The notes below the pieces were generated by a model. It had not been told where the DNA came from and searched no databases. It worked only from the letters and a program-made list of their open reading frames with translations. DNA of 64,000 bases, taken from positions 995,568-1,059,567 of the forward strand of contig RQSC01000028.1 of the NCBI GenBank assembly GCA_013416795.1. The letters are read 5' to 3'. Shown here piece by piece: positions 53,147-64,000 of this stretch; positions within the stretch are counted from its first letter, which is position 1, and every line of letters starts with the position of its first letter. The position numbers were made by a program, and so were the translations under genes. The DNA comes from Prasinococcaceae sp. CCMP 1430 (Eukaryota; Plantae; Prasinodermophyta).

Positions 53147-54528
53147 ATGGCGGCGCGGTCGGTCGGGGAACAACGCGTCCAACCAACGCACGGGCTCACC
53201 ATCACATCAACAGGGTGGCGTCCAGCCACGCCCGCACACCAGCCAGCACACGGCAGGCCGTCGCGTCACGTGCCCGTGACACCGGCGGGGCCCCGCGCCC
53301 CTGCCACAGGAACGCCCTGCGCCTGCGCCGCCGCGCCGCCCGCCCACGCCTTCCTAGGCTTCGGAGAGAAGGAGCCCGCGGCGTGGGAGCGCATCCCGCT
53401 GCCCATCGAACCTGAGGTCGTGCTGCTCGACATCGCGTTCGTGCCAGACGAGCCGAACCGCGGCTATCTGCTCGGCACGCGTCAGACGCTACTCGAGACG
53501 GTCGATGGCGGGCGCACCTGGGACAGCATCCCCATCCCGGGCACCGAGGAGGGCTTCAACTACCGCCTTACCTCGCTGGCTTTCAGTGGCAGCGAGGTGC
53601 GTGTGCCTTGAAGGCTGCTTCGGCGCTCGCGCGCGCTCGCCACTCGCCGGCACCGGACGCGCGCGCGCATGACTGGCCCATCTGACCGCGACCCCCCCCC
53701 TCCCCTCCCCCAATCCCTCGCGCGCGTCGGCGCGTTTGCGCGCGCAATTGCCTTTCTCGCGCTTCTGTGCGCGCGCGTCTGCAGGGCTGGATCATCGGCT
53801 CGCCTGCGATCCTGCTCCGCACGACCGACGGCGGCAGGAACTGGTCGCGCACGCCGCTGAGCGCGCGGCTGCCGGGCAAGCCGATCGTTGTGACCGCGCT
53901 GGGCGAGGGCCTGGCGGAGATGACCACCGACGAGGGCGCCATCTACACTACCTCGGACGCGGGGCTAAACTGGAAGGCGCAGGTGCAGGAGACCGTCGAG
54001 GCGACGCTCAACCGCACGGTGTCCTCGGGCATCTCGGGCGCGTCATACTACACGGGCAGCTTCCAGAATATGGCGCGCAACGCCAAGGGCGAGTACGTCG
54101 CCGTGAACCAGCGTGGCAACTTCTTCCTCACGTGGTCGCCCGGCGACGCCTACTGGACGCCGCGCAACCGCAACTCGGCGCGGCGCATCCAAAACATGGG
54201 CTGGACGCCCGACGGCGGTCTGTGGATGACCACGCGCGGCGGTGGCATCTTCTACAACCAGGGAGGCCTGTCGGAGGAGTTCGAGGAGCGTCGCATCGCC
54301 GCGCGCGGCTACGGCCTGCTCGACATCTCTTACGCCGACGAGGACACCGCCTACTGCGTGGGCGGCAGCGGGTCGCTCTTCAAGTCCACCGACAAGGGCA
54401 ACAAGTGGACTCGGGAGAAGACCGAGGGCAAGGTCGGCGCCAACCTCTACGACGTCAAGTTCGCGCCCGATGGCACGAAGTACGTGCTGGGCAACGCTGC
54501 GGTGCTGCTGCGCTCCACGGGCTACTAA
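53147..54528 (+). CDS. HCF136: Photosystem II assembly factor HCF136/YCF48; intron 53597-53784; start uncertain
   Basis: WERIPLP...VVLLDIAF...GYLLGTRQTLLETVDGG, GWIIGSPAILLRTTDGG, TVSSGISGASYYTGSF, RRIQNMGW, VLGNAAVLLR. Confidence 0.95.
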
Positions 54529-54739
54529 GACGCGCGGGCGAGCGCGAGCGAAGGCTAAGCTAAGGGATCGTGCACCACATGTATCGAAAATAGTATGATC
54601 GTTGGCTACGCTGCCTACCCTAGCTCTTTTGCGAAATCAGCCGCGCACTATGTGAGCTCCTGTGCGTGCACGCGCGCGCCCGAGCTCCGCACATACCCGC
54701 GGCGAAAGACTCTGTGCGCAGGACCGGCGGGGCGAGGAG

Positions 54740-55621
54740 TCACTTCGCCGCCTTGCTGCTGGCCACCTGCGCCTCCTTCCTGGCGAGGTATGTAGGATTC
54801 TCCTACGCACGCGAGGATGGATGCAGCGGTGCGGAGAGCGCGTCAGCCAAACGCCTGCTCGTCTTGGCAAACACAGCGGCGAGCGAACGCACGGCGACAT
54901 CCCCAAGACGGGGATGCGCGAGCGCGCTCGAGCACGCACCTCGATGTCGTCGTCGCCTGGGAGCATGGGAGTATTTGCTGTGATGGCAGCCTCAAGGGCG
55001 GGTGTGTTGGCGCTGCGGATGGTCGCGTTGAGCCGGCCGTTGCGGTACACCAGGAAGGTGGGCTCTGAGCGCCCCTTGAACTCCTCGAGCATCTGCAAGC
55101 GCAAGCGAGCGCCAAGCGCGTGCGGCCGCGTCGGATCGTCGCCACGTGAGTGGGAGCGCGCAGGTATGGATGGGTCAGCCCACGGCACGCAGCCGTGCCC
55201 GTGCGCCCCGCGTATGCCCGCGCGCGCACTGGTACGGACGCAAGCGCGCGCACCATGCACGCACGAACACGCACGCACGCATGCGCACACGTCCTCGCCC
55301 TCTCTTCACCACACTCATCTGCACACCGCCTACCGCTTCTGGCTCGGCGCGGTCGCTCCCTGCGGACACGAGTATACACACGCGCCGCACTGGCCAGCCG
55401 ATTCGCACCTCGACGCTGTCGGAGAGGGCCGTGATAAAGGTGAGCGGGCGGTCCTCGAGATCTGTAATGAGCCTCCGGAACAACGGTAGCACCGACTGAC
55501 ACGGCCCGCACCACGCGGAGTAGGCCTCAACGACCTTGCAGCCAGTGCTGCAGAGCTGTGCGTGGTACTCCTCGCTGTCAGAAATCACCAGCGGGTTCCA
55601 GACGTCCGCCTTTGGCGGCAT
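54740..55621 (-). CDS. DLX1: Thioredoxin-like outer-arm dynein light chain (Chlamydomonas LC3/DLX1 type); exons 55409-55621, 54940-55092, 54740-54802
   Basis: EAYSAWCGPCQSVLPLFRRL, F.GRSEPTFLVYRNG, and tail DDDIE|ENPTYLARKE. The ENPxYLA tail and GRSEPxFL motif are as recalled for LC3. Confidence 0.8.
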
Positions 55622-56849
55622 CGCGGCGTGCTGGGTCGGGCTCACTCCTGCTCTGCGGCGGCGACGGCGCGCAGCCGCTGCGCGCTGTGGCGCGCGGCAC
55701 AGAGCGCCGCCCCGTCCCGGCCTGGCGCCTACCACCCCCTTCGCATGCAGGCCCGCCTCAACCGGCCGAACTGCCGCCCGATGACCAGCCGCGCTGCGCC
55801 ACACCTGCTGCGGACGGGCACTCGAGGTCCCCACGCGCGTGCCCGCTGCATGCTGCGGGGGGGCTCCCCTCGCCTGGGCGGGCAGCGCCGGCCGAACGCG
55901 GGGAACGGGCGGCGCGCACTCAAAGCAGATTGGGGTCAACTCAGGAAACCAGATGTTCGGAGCCGCTCGCGCCCGCCCGTCCGACCCACCCAACGCATTT
56001 GGAGCAACCTTTGATCGAGCCCCGTCTCCCCGGGGGCGCCCCGCTGATGTTCGACGAACCCCCTATCTATCGTGCGCTTGTGCCATCGATCGATCGATCG
56101 TCCGCATCGTCGTGCAAGCACCACACCAACCATCCTCGTCGTCGGTCGGTGCGACCGGACGGGTGTCGGGGTGGTGATGTCTGTCTCATCGATCTGGAAG
56201 CGGACCGGGACCGAGGGTGGAATGCGCCTTTCCTGCCTGGCTCGCAGCCGCAGGCGGGGGGGTGCGCAAGGAGCCGCAGAGAGCCCTGGCTGCTTGGTTG
56301 CGCATTGGGCTTGGCGGGGGACACCTCGCTCGGCCTCATGCGTGCTGACTGACTTCTGACTGAGCTTTTGATGGCGCCCGTTCCCGCGACGCAGCGGGCG
56401 ATGGTTGACCGGCCCGGGCGGGCGCGCGCCGATCGCCGGGCGGGGCCGTCGGAGTGCGTTTTGACCTGCGCTGCAGCCGCCGCGAAAAAGGTGGGCGCCG
56501 GGCTCTCCCTTTTTTTTCTTTTTTTTTTTTAACGGCGCGCGTTCGAAACCGAAACCGCGGGCGGGCGTCGTTTGCGCGCGTGCGGTTTGGTGTGCGCGCC
56601 GCTGGGTGGCGTTTTTTCTCGCTTTTTTTTTTTGCCGCGGGGCGGGCGGACCAGTCCGATCGGGCACGCGCACGCGCACACGCGCGGCCCCGGTGCTGGC
56701 GCCGATGGCGGCGCCAGCGGCGTGGTGCCGCGCACGCGGAGGTGGCGCACGACGATCTATCGATGGAATGAGCGTCGCCGCGCTCGAATTGCCCGTCGTA
56801 CTGACCCACCGCCCCGCTGACCCTGCCGTACGCCGTGCCCCCCCCGCAG

Positions 56850-58439
56850 GCGATGCTCAAAGACGGGCACAAGCACCTGAGCGGCCTCGACGAGGCCGTG
56901 CTGAAGAACATCGAGGCGTGCAAGCAGCTGAGCGAGATCACGCGCACGTCGATGGGCCCCAACGGCATGAACAAAATGGTGATCAATCACCTCGGGAAGC
57001 TCTTCGTCACAAACGACTGCCACACGATCATGACCGAGCTCGAGGTCACCCATCCGGCCGCGAAGATGCTCGTGCTCGCCGCGCAGTCGCAGCAGGCTGA
57101 GGTAGGCGACGGCACGAACCTCGTGATTACGCTCGCCGGCGAGCTACTCGCGCAGGCGGAGGAGCTGCTCAAGGACGGCTTGCACACGAGCGAGGTCATC
57201 GAGGGCTACAACAAGGCCAACGCCATGGCGCTTGAGCACCTCGAGTCTCTCGTGCTGCCGGGCTCGGACAAGGTGGACGTGCGCGACCTCGAGGCCGTCA
57301 CGAAGCGCCTCAAGTGCACCATCGCCTCCAAGCAGTACGGCTTTGAGGATGTCCTCGCGCCGCTGGTGGCCAAGGCTTGCATTGCGGTGTGCCCTGAGAA
57401 CCAGGCCAACTTCAACGTCGACAACGTGCGCGTCGCCAAGATCCTGGGCTCGTCGCTGTACGACTCGTCGGTGGTGTCGGGCGTCATCGTCCAGCGCCCG
57501 ACCGAGGGCTCCGTCAATCACCTCAAGGACGTCAAAGTGGCCGTCTTTGGCCAGGGTGTGGAGGCCTCGAGCACCGAGACCAAGGGCACCGTGCTCATCG
57601 AGAGCGCTGAGCAGCTGAAGGGCTACTCGCGCACCGAGGAGGACCAGATGGAGACCTACATCAAGTCGATCTACGACGCCGGCGCGCGCGTGGTGGTCAG
57701 CGGCTCGAGCATCTCCGAAATGGCGCTGCACTTCTTGGAGCGCTACGGGATGATGGTCATCAAGATCGTGTCCAAATTCGAGCTGCGCCGCTTCTGCAAG
57801 GTCATCGGCGCCTCGTCGGTTGTGAAGGCGGTGCAGCCGCGCCCGGAGGAGCTTGGCTACGTATCGGCGATCGACGTGGAGGAGATCGGCGGGAGGCGGG
57901 TCATCGTCGCGAAGCAGGAGGCGGGCACGGGCGTTACCACTGTGGTGCTGCGCGCGGCGACCCAAAACATGATGGACGACGTGGAGCGCGCCATCGATGA
58001 TGGCATCAACACCTACAAGGCGATGTGCAAGGATGCACGCCTCACGGCGGGCGCGGGCGCACCCGAGATTGAGATTGCTAGCCGTCTCGCCGCCGCCGCC
58101 CGCAAGGAAACCGGGCTGGCGCAGTACGCGATTCAAAAGTATGCCACATCGTTGGAGCTGGTGCCGCGCATCCTGGCGGAGAACTCGGGCGCGGATGCGA
58201 CAGACGTTGTGAGCCAGCTGTACGCCGGCCACGCCGCGGGAGATCAGAATGTTGGCGTGGACATCGAGAATGGCTGCGTGGCGGACATGTCCGGCAAGGA
58301 CGTTGCGGACTTGTACACTGTGAAGCACTGGGCGATGAAGCTGGCGACGGACGCCGTCACGACCGTCCTGCGCGTGGATCAGATAATCATGAGCAAGCAG
58401 GCCCACGGCTCGAGCAACCAGGACCAGCCGTACAAGTAG
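56850..58439 (+). CDS. CCT8: Chaperonin CCT subunit theta; short first exon upstream not resolved
   Basis: MLKDGHKHLSGLDEAVLKNIEACK, TSMGPNGMNKMVINHL, EVGDGTNLV, DNVRVAKILG, TVLRVDQIIMSK. Confidence 0.96.
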   Translation, partial: AMLKDGHKHLSGLDEAVLKNIEACKQLSEITRTSMGPNGMNKMVINHLGKLFVTNDCHTIMTELEVTHPAAKMLVLAAQSQQAEVGDGTNLVITLAGELLAQAEELLKDGLHTSEVIEGYNKANAMALEHLESLVLPGSDKVDVRDLEAVTKRLKCTIASKQYGFEDVLAPLVAKACIAVCPENQANFNVDNVRVAKILGSSLYDSSVVSGVIVQRPTEGSVNHLKDVKVAVFGQGVEASSTETKGTVLIESAEQLKGYSRTEEDQMETYIKSIYDAGARVVVSGSSISEMALHFLERYGMMVIKIVSKFELRRFCKVIGASSVVKAVQPRPEELGYVSAIDVEEIGGRRVIVAKQEAGTGVTTVVLRAATQNMMDDVERAIDDGINTYKAMCKDARLTAGAGAPEIEIASRLAAAARKETGLAQYAIQKYATSLELVPRILAENSGADATDVVSQLYAGHAAGDQNVGVDIENGCVADMSGKDVADLYTVKHWAMKLATDAVTTVLRVDQIIMSKQAHGSSNQDQPYK

Positions 58440-58584
58440 GTTGCGACCAGCAATGCCCCCTCTCCCCATCCGCCCCCCCCCCGCCCCGCCCAACCCTTAA
58501 TTCAATACTTTTCTTGGTTACATATTGTACTGTACAGTACAAGCGCTCGCATCATTCCTCGGCGCTCGAGGCCACCTCTGGGCG

Positions 58585-60639
58585 CTATATGGGGCTCTCC
58601 GCGGGCACCATCGCTGCCAGGATGCCCGCCTGCTTGAGCTGCGCACTGAGCCCTTCATTGCTCCTCTCGAGAGCGTCCATGCGCTCGAAGAGCCCGCACA
58701 CACACATCTCTATCTTGGCGTCGAGCCTGTCCCGCTCGCGTACTTCGTTGACGAGCTTGTCGATCCGGTCCCCGAGCAGCTCGCGTTCGACGTACCAATT
58801 CGCGCTCTGCTGCTCCTTCTCATTGAGCTTGGCCTGTGACATGGCCGCCTCGCTCTCGCGTTCGACGCTCTCCTGCCTCAGACGGGCGCGCAGGTCATCA
58901 ACGAGCGCGCGTGCTTCCGTACTCATGCCGCCCGTCTTGCGCACCACCTCCACGCGCCGCTTGAGCAGCCGGCGATACTCACCGCGGAGCGCCTTGTAGC
59001 GGGTAGAGTGCGTCGCACCCTCAGCGAGCGCTTGGCGCAGGCTGTCGCCGACCTCACCGCCGGCCTCCGACACGATCGACTCGAGCGCCGCGCTGCGTCG
59101 TTGCTGCGACTCGAGCGCTTCCCGTAGCTGTGTGATTGTGGCATCGCGCGAGCGCAACGCGGCCATCGCGGGCGAATCTGCCAGGACTTCGGGCACCGTC
59201 GGCACGTCTGCATCAATGGGCAGAGCCTCGCTCCCGTCCACAGTAGCACCAGCCCCTGCCCCTTCGCCGCCGCGAGCGAGCCTGAGCTCCTTCTTGAGCT
59301 CAACGTTCTTGCGGTAGAGCTTGCGCATAATGCTCTGTGACATGGCCAGGCGCTCCTGCAGCTGGTGATCCTTCAGATGTACAAGCGAGCCCGCGCTCGC
59401 GCCCGCTGAGGCAACAAAGTCACCGACCGCAATCGTCGTGTCGGTCCCCCCTCTGAGTGCGCTGCCGCTGGCGCGTGCCTCCGACGCGTCCTCCAAGTCC
59501 GTCGCGCGCTGCTGCGCCTCGATGCGATTGAGCTCGTCCAGCGCGCTCTGCACCTTGTCGCGCAATCGCAGAATCTCTTCACTTGGCGGCTCCGCCTGCT
59601 TTTCTTGCCCTTGTACCTGCGGCAGGTGTTGCTGCCCTACCTCAATGGACCCGTCGAGGCCAGCCCGGGGAGGCGCGGACTGTGCTTCCTCGCCAGCGCG
59701 GTACGCCCGCGTGGCGGCCTCGCCGGCGGCGTCTGCAGCAGCGTTGACGCTGGCGGTGATTGCCTCATGGCGCGCGTGCGCGACGGCGTCGCGCATGGCG
59801 ACAGCGTGCTGCTGTGCGATCATGGCGCTCTCTGCTTCGAGGCGCGCGTTGGCTACGCGCAGTACCTCTAGTTCGCGCGCGAGCGCGTCCATCTCTGCGA
59901 TGGCGCCGTCTCGTTCGCGCGCGACGGCCGCCACAGCCGCCATGGCGTCACTTGCGTCGATCAGCGCGGGAGCCTGCTGGGCCACCGCGTCGCTTCTTTC
60001 GTCGAGGCTCATAGCATGCTCGAGCGCTCGCCTCGCTGCGTGGCTCGCGCCACGCGCGGCGATGGGCCCATTGGCACCGAGCCCCATGGCGCTGGTCATG
60101 ATGGGCTCTCCGTCTCCGGCTGCCGGTGTGCCCTGTGCGCTTCCTGCCACAACCTCGGCGAGAGCGAGCGCGCCCGCGCCATCGCCGTCGTTGAGAAAGC
60201 GGTCAATGTGGCCTGGCCGCTGCTTGTAGCCCCAGCGCTCGCCAGCGCGCGGGCGCGCGTCGCGCGTCGCGGCCGGGGACCCATGCGCCGCGCTGCCGCT
60301 GCCAACCCGGCGTGACTTTCCACGCTGCGACGCTGGACGCACCGACACGCCTGGCGGCGGCGGCGGCGGAAGCGGGCTGCCGCCGTCGCGACCCTCACCC
60401 TGCTTTGCGCCCCCCGAGCTGCCCGCAAGGGCCCGCCGCGCTCGCGAAGCGCCGTGCGGGGAGCTCGCGCCCCTGGGCTGCATTTCGCTGCCCGCGGGGT
60501 CCAGCCAGCTCTTGGGTTTGGCCGTGGGCGGCGTGGTCTCAGTCGGGCGTGGCGAGCGCGACGTCGGCGGTGCTGAGTGCGCCTCGGGCAGCGGCAGGCC
60601 ACCGCCGCCCGCTCCGCCCGGAGACACACGGCGCACCAT
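58585..60639 (-). CDS. Long coiled-coil protein of unknown function
   Basis: 684-aa ORF with a disordered N-terminus and several heptad segments (QERLAMSQSIMRKLYRKNVELKKEL; LFERMDALERSNEGL). Confidence 0.7.
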   Translation of the reverse strand: MVRRVSPGGAGGGGLPLPEAHSAPPTSRSPRPTETTPPTAKPKSWLDPAGSEMQPRGASSPHGASRARRALAGSSGGAKQGEGRDGGSPLPPPPPPGVSVRPASQRGKSRRVGSGSAAHGSPAATRDARPRAGERWGYKQRPGHIDRFLNDGDGAGALALAEVVAGSAQGTPAAGDGEPIMTSAMGLGANGPIAARGASHAARRALEHAMSLDERSDAVAQQAPALIDASDAMAAVAAVARERDGAIAEMDALARELEVLRVANARLEAESAMIAQQHAVAMRDAVAHARHEAITASVNAAADAAGEAATRAYRAGEEAQSAPPRAGLDGSIEVGQQHLPQVQGQEKQAEPPSEEILRLRDKVQSALDELNRIEAQQRATDLEDASEARASGSALRGGTDTTIAVGDFVASAGASAGSLVHLKDHQLQERLAMSQSIMRKLYRKNVELKKELRLARGGEGAGAGATVDGSEALPIDADVPTVPEVLADSPAMAALRSRDATITQLREALESQQRRSAALESIVSEAGGEVGDSLRQALAEGATHSTRYKALRGEYRRLLKRRVEVVRKTGGMSTEARALVDDLRARLRQESVERESEAAMSQAKLNEKEQQSANWYVERELLGDRIDKLVNEVRERDRLDAKIEMCVCGLFERMDALERSNEGLSAQLKQAGILAAMVPAESPI

Positions 60640-60964
60640 GCCCGCCCCCGCCTAGTCACCCCACCCCCACCCCCCAACCCCAGCCCTTCCCGGCGACAAG
60701 CGGCGGCAATCGCCCCGCTCAAGAGCGCGCCGTGTGCGGCGCGCGCCCGCCTCTGGCAGCTCCTCCCACTTCGGACCTCCCAACCAGGGGGCGCGTTCCC
60801 CAGCCGACCGACCGCGCCCCGCGCGCGAGTCCCGACAAACAGCGAGTCGCTGATCAGCTGAATAGCTGGTCACGGCCGGGCAAACCACTTCTGAGACCCT
60901 GTGCGCGCGCGTTTCGCCTGCTGCGCTGCGGCGTGCGTTCCCCGAACGGCCGAGCGCGCCCCGA

Positions 60965-61527
60965 GCGTTCGACTCGAGCACTGCGTGGCTCGGCCAACGC
61001 AAGTGCTGGCATGGCATCGCCATCGAGCCCACGAACAACGAATACCCCAAGCTCAAGCGCCAGCGCCTCGATGCGACGACCGTGCACGGCGCCGTCTGCG
61101 AGCATGACAACACCGCCGTGCTCAACGACATCACCCTCAACGGCCTGTGGACTGGGTGGTCGGGATTCGATTCTTCTAAAACGAGCATAATAAGGACAAG
61201 ATCGAGGACATGCTCTCACGAGAGCAGGCCGGATGGGAAAGCACGTACTTGGAAGTGCAGTGCTACAGGTTGGACACGTTGTTTTCTAAGCATGGCATCA
61301 CTCGCGTGGACTTCCTAGCGCTCTCCACAGAAGGCCATGAGATGGTCGCGTTGCAGAGCATCAAGTGGGACGCTGTGGAGATCTACCTCATCATGGTGAC
61401 TGTCAACGAACACACCGCGGACAGCATTGACGCCTTCCTGCGCTCCAAGGGCTTCGAGCACAAGGCGCTGGGCATGGATGGAAGGGACCGCATGTACGTG
61501 TCGCATGCTGTGCCGGCCGAGCCGTAA
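60965..61527 (+). CDS. FkbM/Methyltransf_21-like protein, frameshifted at about 61178-61181; 5' exon(s) unresolved
   Basis: WHGIAIEP...LKRQR...VHGAVC in one frame and VQCYRLDTLFSKHGITRVDFLALSTEGHE...SIKWDAVEIYLI in the -1 frame. Confidence 0.6.
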
Positions 61528-61709
61528 GCAAGCCGGTCGTCCGAGGCTTCGGCAGGCGATCGCTTCCGCACTCCTCTCTTCCTCGCGCCTGCGCAGCAGC
61601 GGCAAAAGCCTCGCGCGACAGAGCCTATCTAATCACCAGTATTAACACTGCAGGGTGTGCCATGAAGGGGCCATGAAGGGGAAGAGGGGATTTGGGAAAG
61701 GGTTGGCAC

Positions 61710-62611
61710 TCAGAGCGCCTTGCCCGCCACCGCAGCCTCCTCCCGCAACGCCTCGAGCATCTGCTTCTCCTTCGCCCACCGGAAGAGCTCAGCCTGCAAG
61801 CGCCCGGCCGCCCAGCCAGCCACGCCGCCGACGGTCAGGCCGATCGTGGCTCGCCCTGCGCGCATCGCAATGCTCGGCGCCGCGAGCGAGGCATTGGCGA
61901 GGCCGACTGCGCTCACACGGGTAGGGCATTTGCGAACGGACACGGCGAGGCGCGCACGGCATCCACGTGGGTCAGCTCATCGTGGGGGGCTTAGTTCTTT
62001 GTTGGGCGCCTGGCTAGCGAGTCTGGCGAAGCGCCGCACGCACCGATGACCGCTGCTGTGGCGCCCGCTGCCAATGCGTGCGGCTTACTGTCACCACTTT
62101 CCCCTCGCGCGGCGCTCGTATCGACGCCGAGCGCGTCAAGCCCGCCGCCAAAGCGCAGGGCGTCGAACAGGCCTGCGTACGCCAGACTCGCACCGCCGTA
62201 GACTGCTGCGCCGCGCACGGCGCGGCTCAACATGAAGGAGAGGCTCTGCATTTTGTACCCCGTGAAGAGCCCCTCCGAGAGGGGCTGCTGCTTGACGTGC
62301 CCAGCGGTATGACCAGAGCGCGCGGCCGCAACGGCGGCGGCAGCGCGCACGCGCTCGTTCACCTGCAGCTCGTGGCGGATGCCGCGCACCTCGCGGAAGC
62401 CGCCCCAGGCCGCGCCAATGACGGCGCCGAACCCAGCCCCAGCTAGCGCCGTGTGTGCGACATCTTTCGCGCGCTCGCGCGACCCCTGCGTGACGTGGGG
62501 GCGCAGCAAGGCCCCCAACGCATCAAGCGCGCGCCCCTCGGCCTCCTCCTTCGCGCGCCGCCGCTCCTCTCGCGCGCAGTCATCACCGCCGCCAAGTAGG
62601 GGCGCCCCCAT
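61710..62611 (-). CDS. Tim17/Tim22-family-like membrane protein; intron 61907-62043; possible extra upstream exon 62806-62961
   Basis: Gly/Ala-rich TM helices ALAGAGFGAVIGAAWGGF, AVRGAAVYGGASLAYAGL, ALAAGATAAVI|VGL and IGLTVGGVAGWAAG. Confidence 0.5.
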
Positions 62612-63419
62612 CGCCTGGCGCCGTGCCCCGCGCTCCGCGCCCCGCACGCCGCGTGCGCCCCGTCCCCTGCAGGCCTTCCTCCCGAGCCCCCGCTCCCCCG
62701 CACGCCGTCGCTGGGGTGCGTCGGCAAGCGCAACGCGGCGCGAGGGCGGGCACGAGCGCGAGGGCGCGCTGCCCGTGGCGCGTGCTGTTGCGCGCTCGTC
62801 GCCACCTGCGCCGCTGGCAGCAGAGGACCCGACTCCCGGCCGTGGCTCGTTGTACCATCCGGATGGTACTGCCCAGCCAGGCAGCGAACCCGGTTCGAGT
62901 CGGGCCTGACTATGTAGAATCCCGTCAGACCCCGGGTGAGCGATCGAACCGTTGAATGCATTCGCGCCCCGTCAATGCTCGGATTTGACAGGTGGCGACC
63001 CTTTGAATTTGACAGACTCTTTGTCTGCCCGAAACGTTTGAGGTGATCTCCCGTGGCTGAGCGTGACCATAAATGTATTCAGCCTCTGGGCGATTGCGGG
63101 GCATCCGCGCGCTTCCCAGCGACAGCGAGTCAGTGCGCGCGCGCAGGGCGCCGCAGCCTGCCCCCTTCTCCCCCCCCCCCGGCGCGCGTGCGCCGCAGGC
63201 GCAGCCTTACCCCTCCACACATCTTTCAACGGTTCCCTCCCGTCTCACGCTCTCCTGGTGAGCCGCACCTCATGCGCATGCGCAAAAACTCGGACAGCAC
63301 GTGGGAGACAGTGGGCGGCCCACGCGGTGGCGATGCGCCCGGTTCGCCAGGGGCGGGGGTGAAGGCCACCGCTGGCAGGCTCACGGCCGACGCGCTGCTT
63401 GCGGCGTGCGGCGCGGCGC

Positions 63420-64000
63420 CAGGATCGCGCCGGTGGCGGGGGGCCATCGCTGAGTCGTTTGCTGGCGAGGCTGGTGCGGACCACATGATCCAACGAGGCC
63501 CCGCGGTCGACGTGCTCGCTCAGGTGGCCGTCGCGACTGCTAACGCGCTCCGTATGCGTCACCTGCCTTGCCCGCCGGTGCCAACGGACATGGCGCTCGG
63601 CGCGAAGTTCGACGCGGCAGCGGCAGCTTCAGTTGCCCATGGCGTCGGACGCGGGGACCGACTCGATGTGGATGGCTTCGAGAAGCTGTGCGCGTCCGTC
63701 GCACGTGAGGTGGCGGCGTCTTCGCTGAGCATGTTTGTGCACCGGCATCGATATCCGCTGGCCGCCATCGGTGGCATACTCGCCGTGAGTACCACCAAGA
63801 AATTCATCAGGTGCACACCCGCGGTGGGGCCTTTGCTGGGCTTCGTGATGGGCTTGCTCCCGACTGTGCTCCTTGGGCCACCCGTGGGGTTGGCTGCGCT
63901 GTACGCGTCCGAAGGTGCGCAGACTAGGACGCTGCGATGCAGGGCTGGCGCTGCTCATGGATGCCGCCGGCGCCGTCCACACCATCGCCTCGCAGCTGAC
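63420..64000 (+). CDS. 3'-partial membrane protein running off the window; resembles an uncharacterised plant/algal family with a degenerate EF-hand
   Basis: Open frame ...GDRLDVDGFEKLCASVARE...LAAIGGILAVSTTKKFIRCTPAVGPLLGFVMGLLPTVLLGPPVGLAALY. Start unresolved. Confidence 0.45.

Noticed and set aside
55930-56400. Possible SRP RNA or snoRNA upstream of LC3 (GTGATG...CTGA, CCAGGCAGGAAAGG)
   Set aside because: The helix-8 pairing and C/D box spacing do not fit the consensus.
62840-62910. tRNA/SINE-like signal (GGTTCGAGTC B-box-like motif) and the palindrome GTACCATCCGGATGGTAC
   Set aside because: No acceptor or anticodon stems form and the T-stem is imperfect. The segment is plausibly coding on the minus strand (QYHPDGT).
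62990-63040. ACCCTTTGAA resembling part of a TPP riboswitch
   Set aside because: The CTGAGA and P4/P5 elements are missing or in the wrong order.
1-64000. Most long Arg/Ala/Pro-rich ORFs in the supplied track; CRISPR, rRNA or viral genes
   Set aside because: These ORFs are shadow frames of real genes in high-GC DNA. No repeat-spacer array, rRNA, tRNA or viral hallmark gene was seen.

Overview
This is eukaryotic nuclear DNA from a very GC-rich, gene-dense genome. Plastid-targeted HCF136, DEG1, LSF2 and an S1 protein, short CG-rich GT-AG introns with CTGAC/CTAAC branch sites, and an algal-type outer-arm dynein light chain point to a green alga, probably prasinophyte-grade (inference). About 30 protein-coding genes can be supported: S1/PSRP-7-like, rhomboid, ZGRF1, RPB9, a TPR protein, an LRR-hydrolase fusion, SYP5, a BRAWNIN-like microprotein, HOP2, APC5, RHD3, a LarC C-terminal domain, a DUF482 GNAT, prolidase, DEG1, G-patch, IBR5, PSMD9, 6PGD, RSA3-like, CSPP1, LSF2, HCF136, dynein LC3, CCT8, FkbM-like and Tim17-like, plus several orphans. 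A Tourist/Harbinger-like MITE truncates a DIRS-like retroelement remnant, and there are two assembly gaps. The strongest leads are (1) a spliced 63-aa BRAWNIN/UQCC6-like ORF whose stop lies 8 nt before the SYP5 start, a candidate bicistronic locus; (2) a stand-alone, organelle-targeted LarC nickel-insertase C-terminal domain; (3) an orphan AzgA-permease first exon that would splice in frame into PSMD9; and (4) an LRR-alpha/beta-hydrolase fusion. All family assignments come from motifs recognised by eye. No database search was run.
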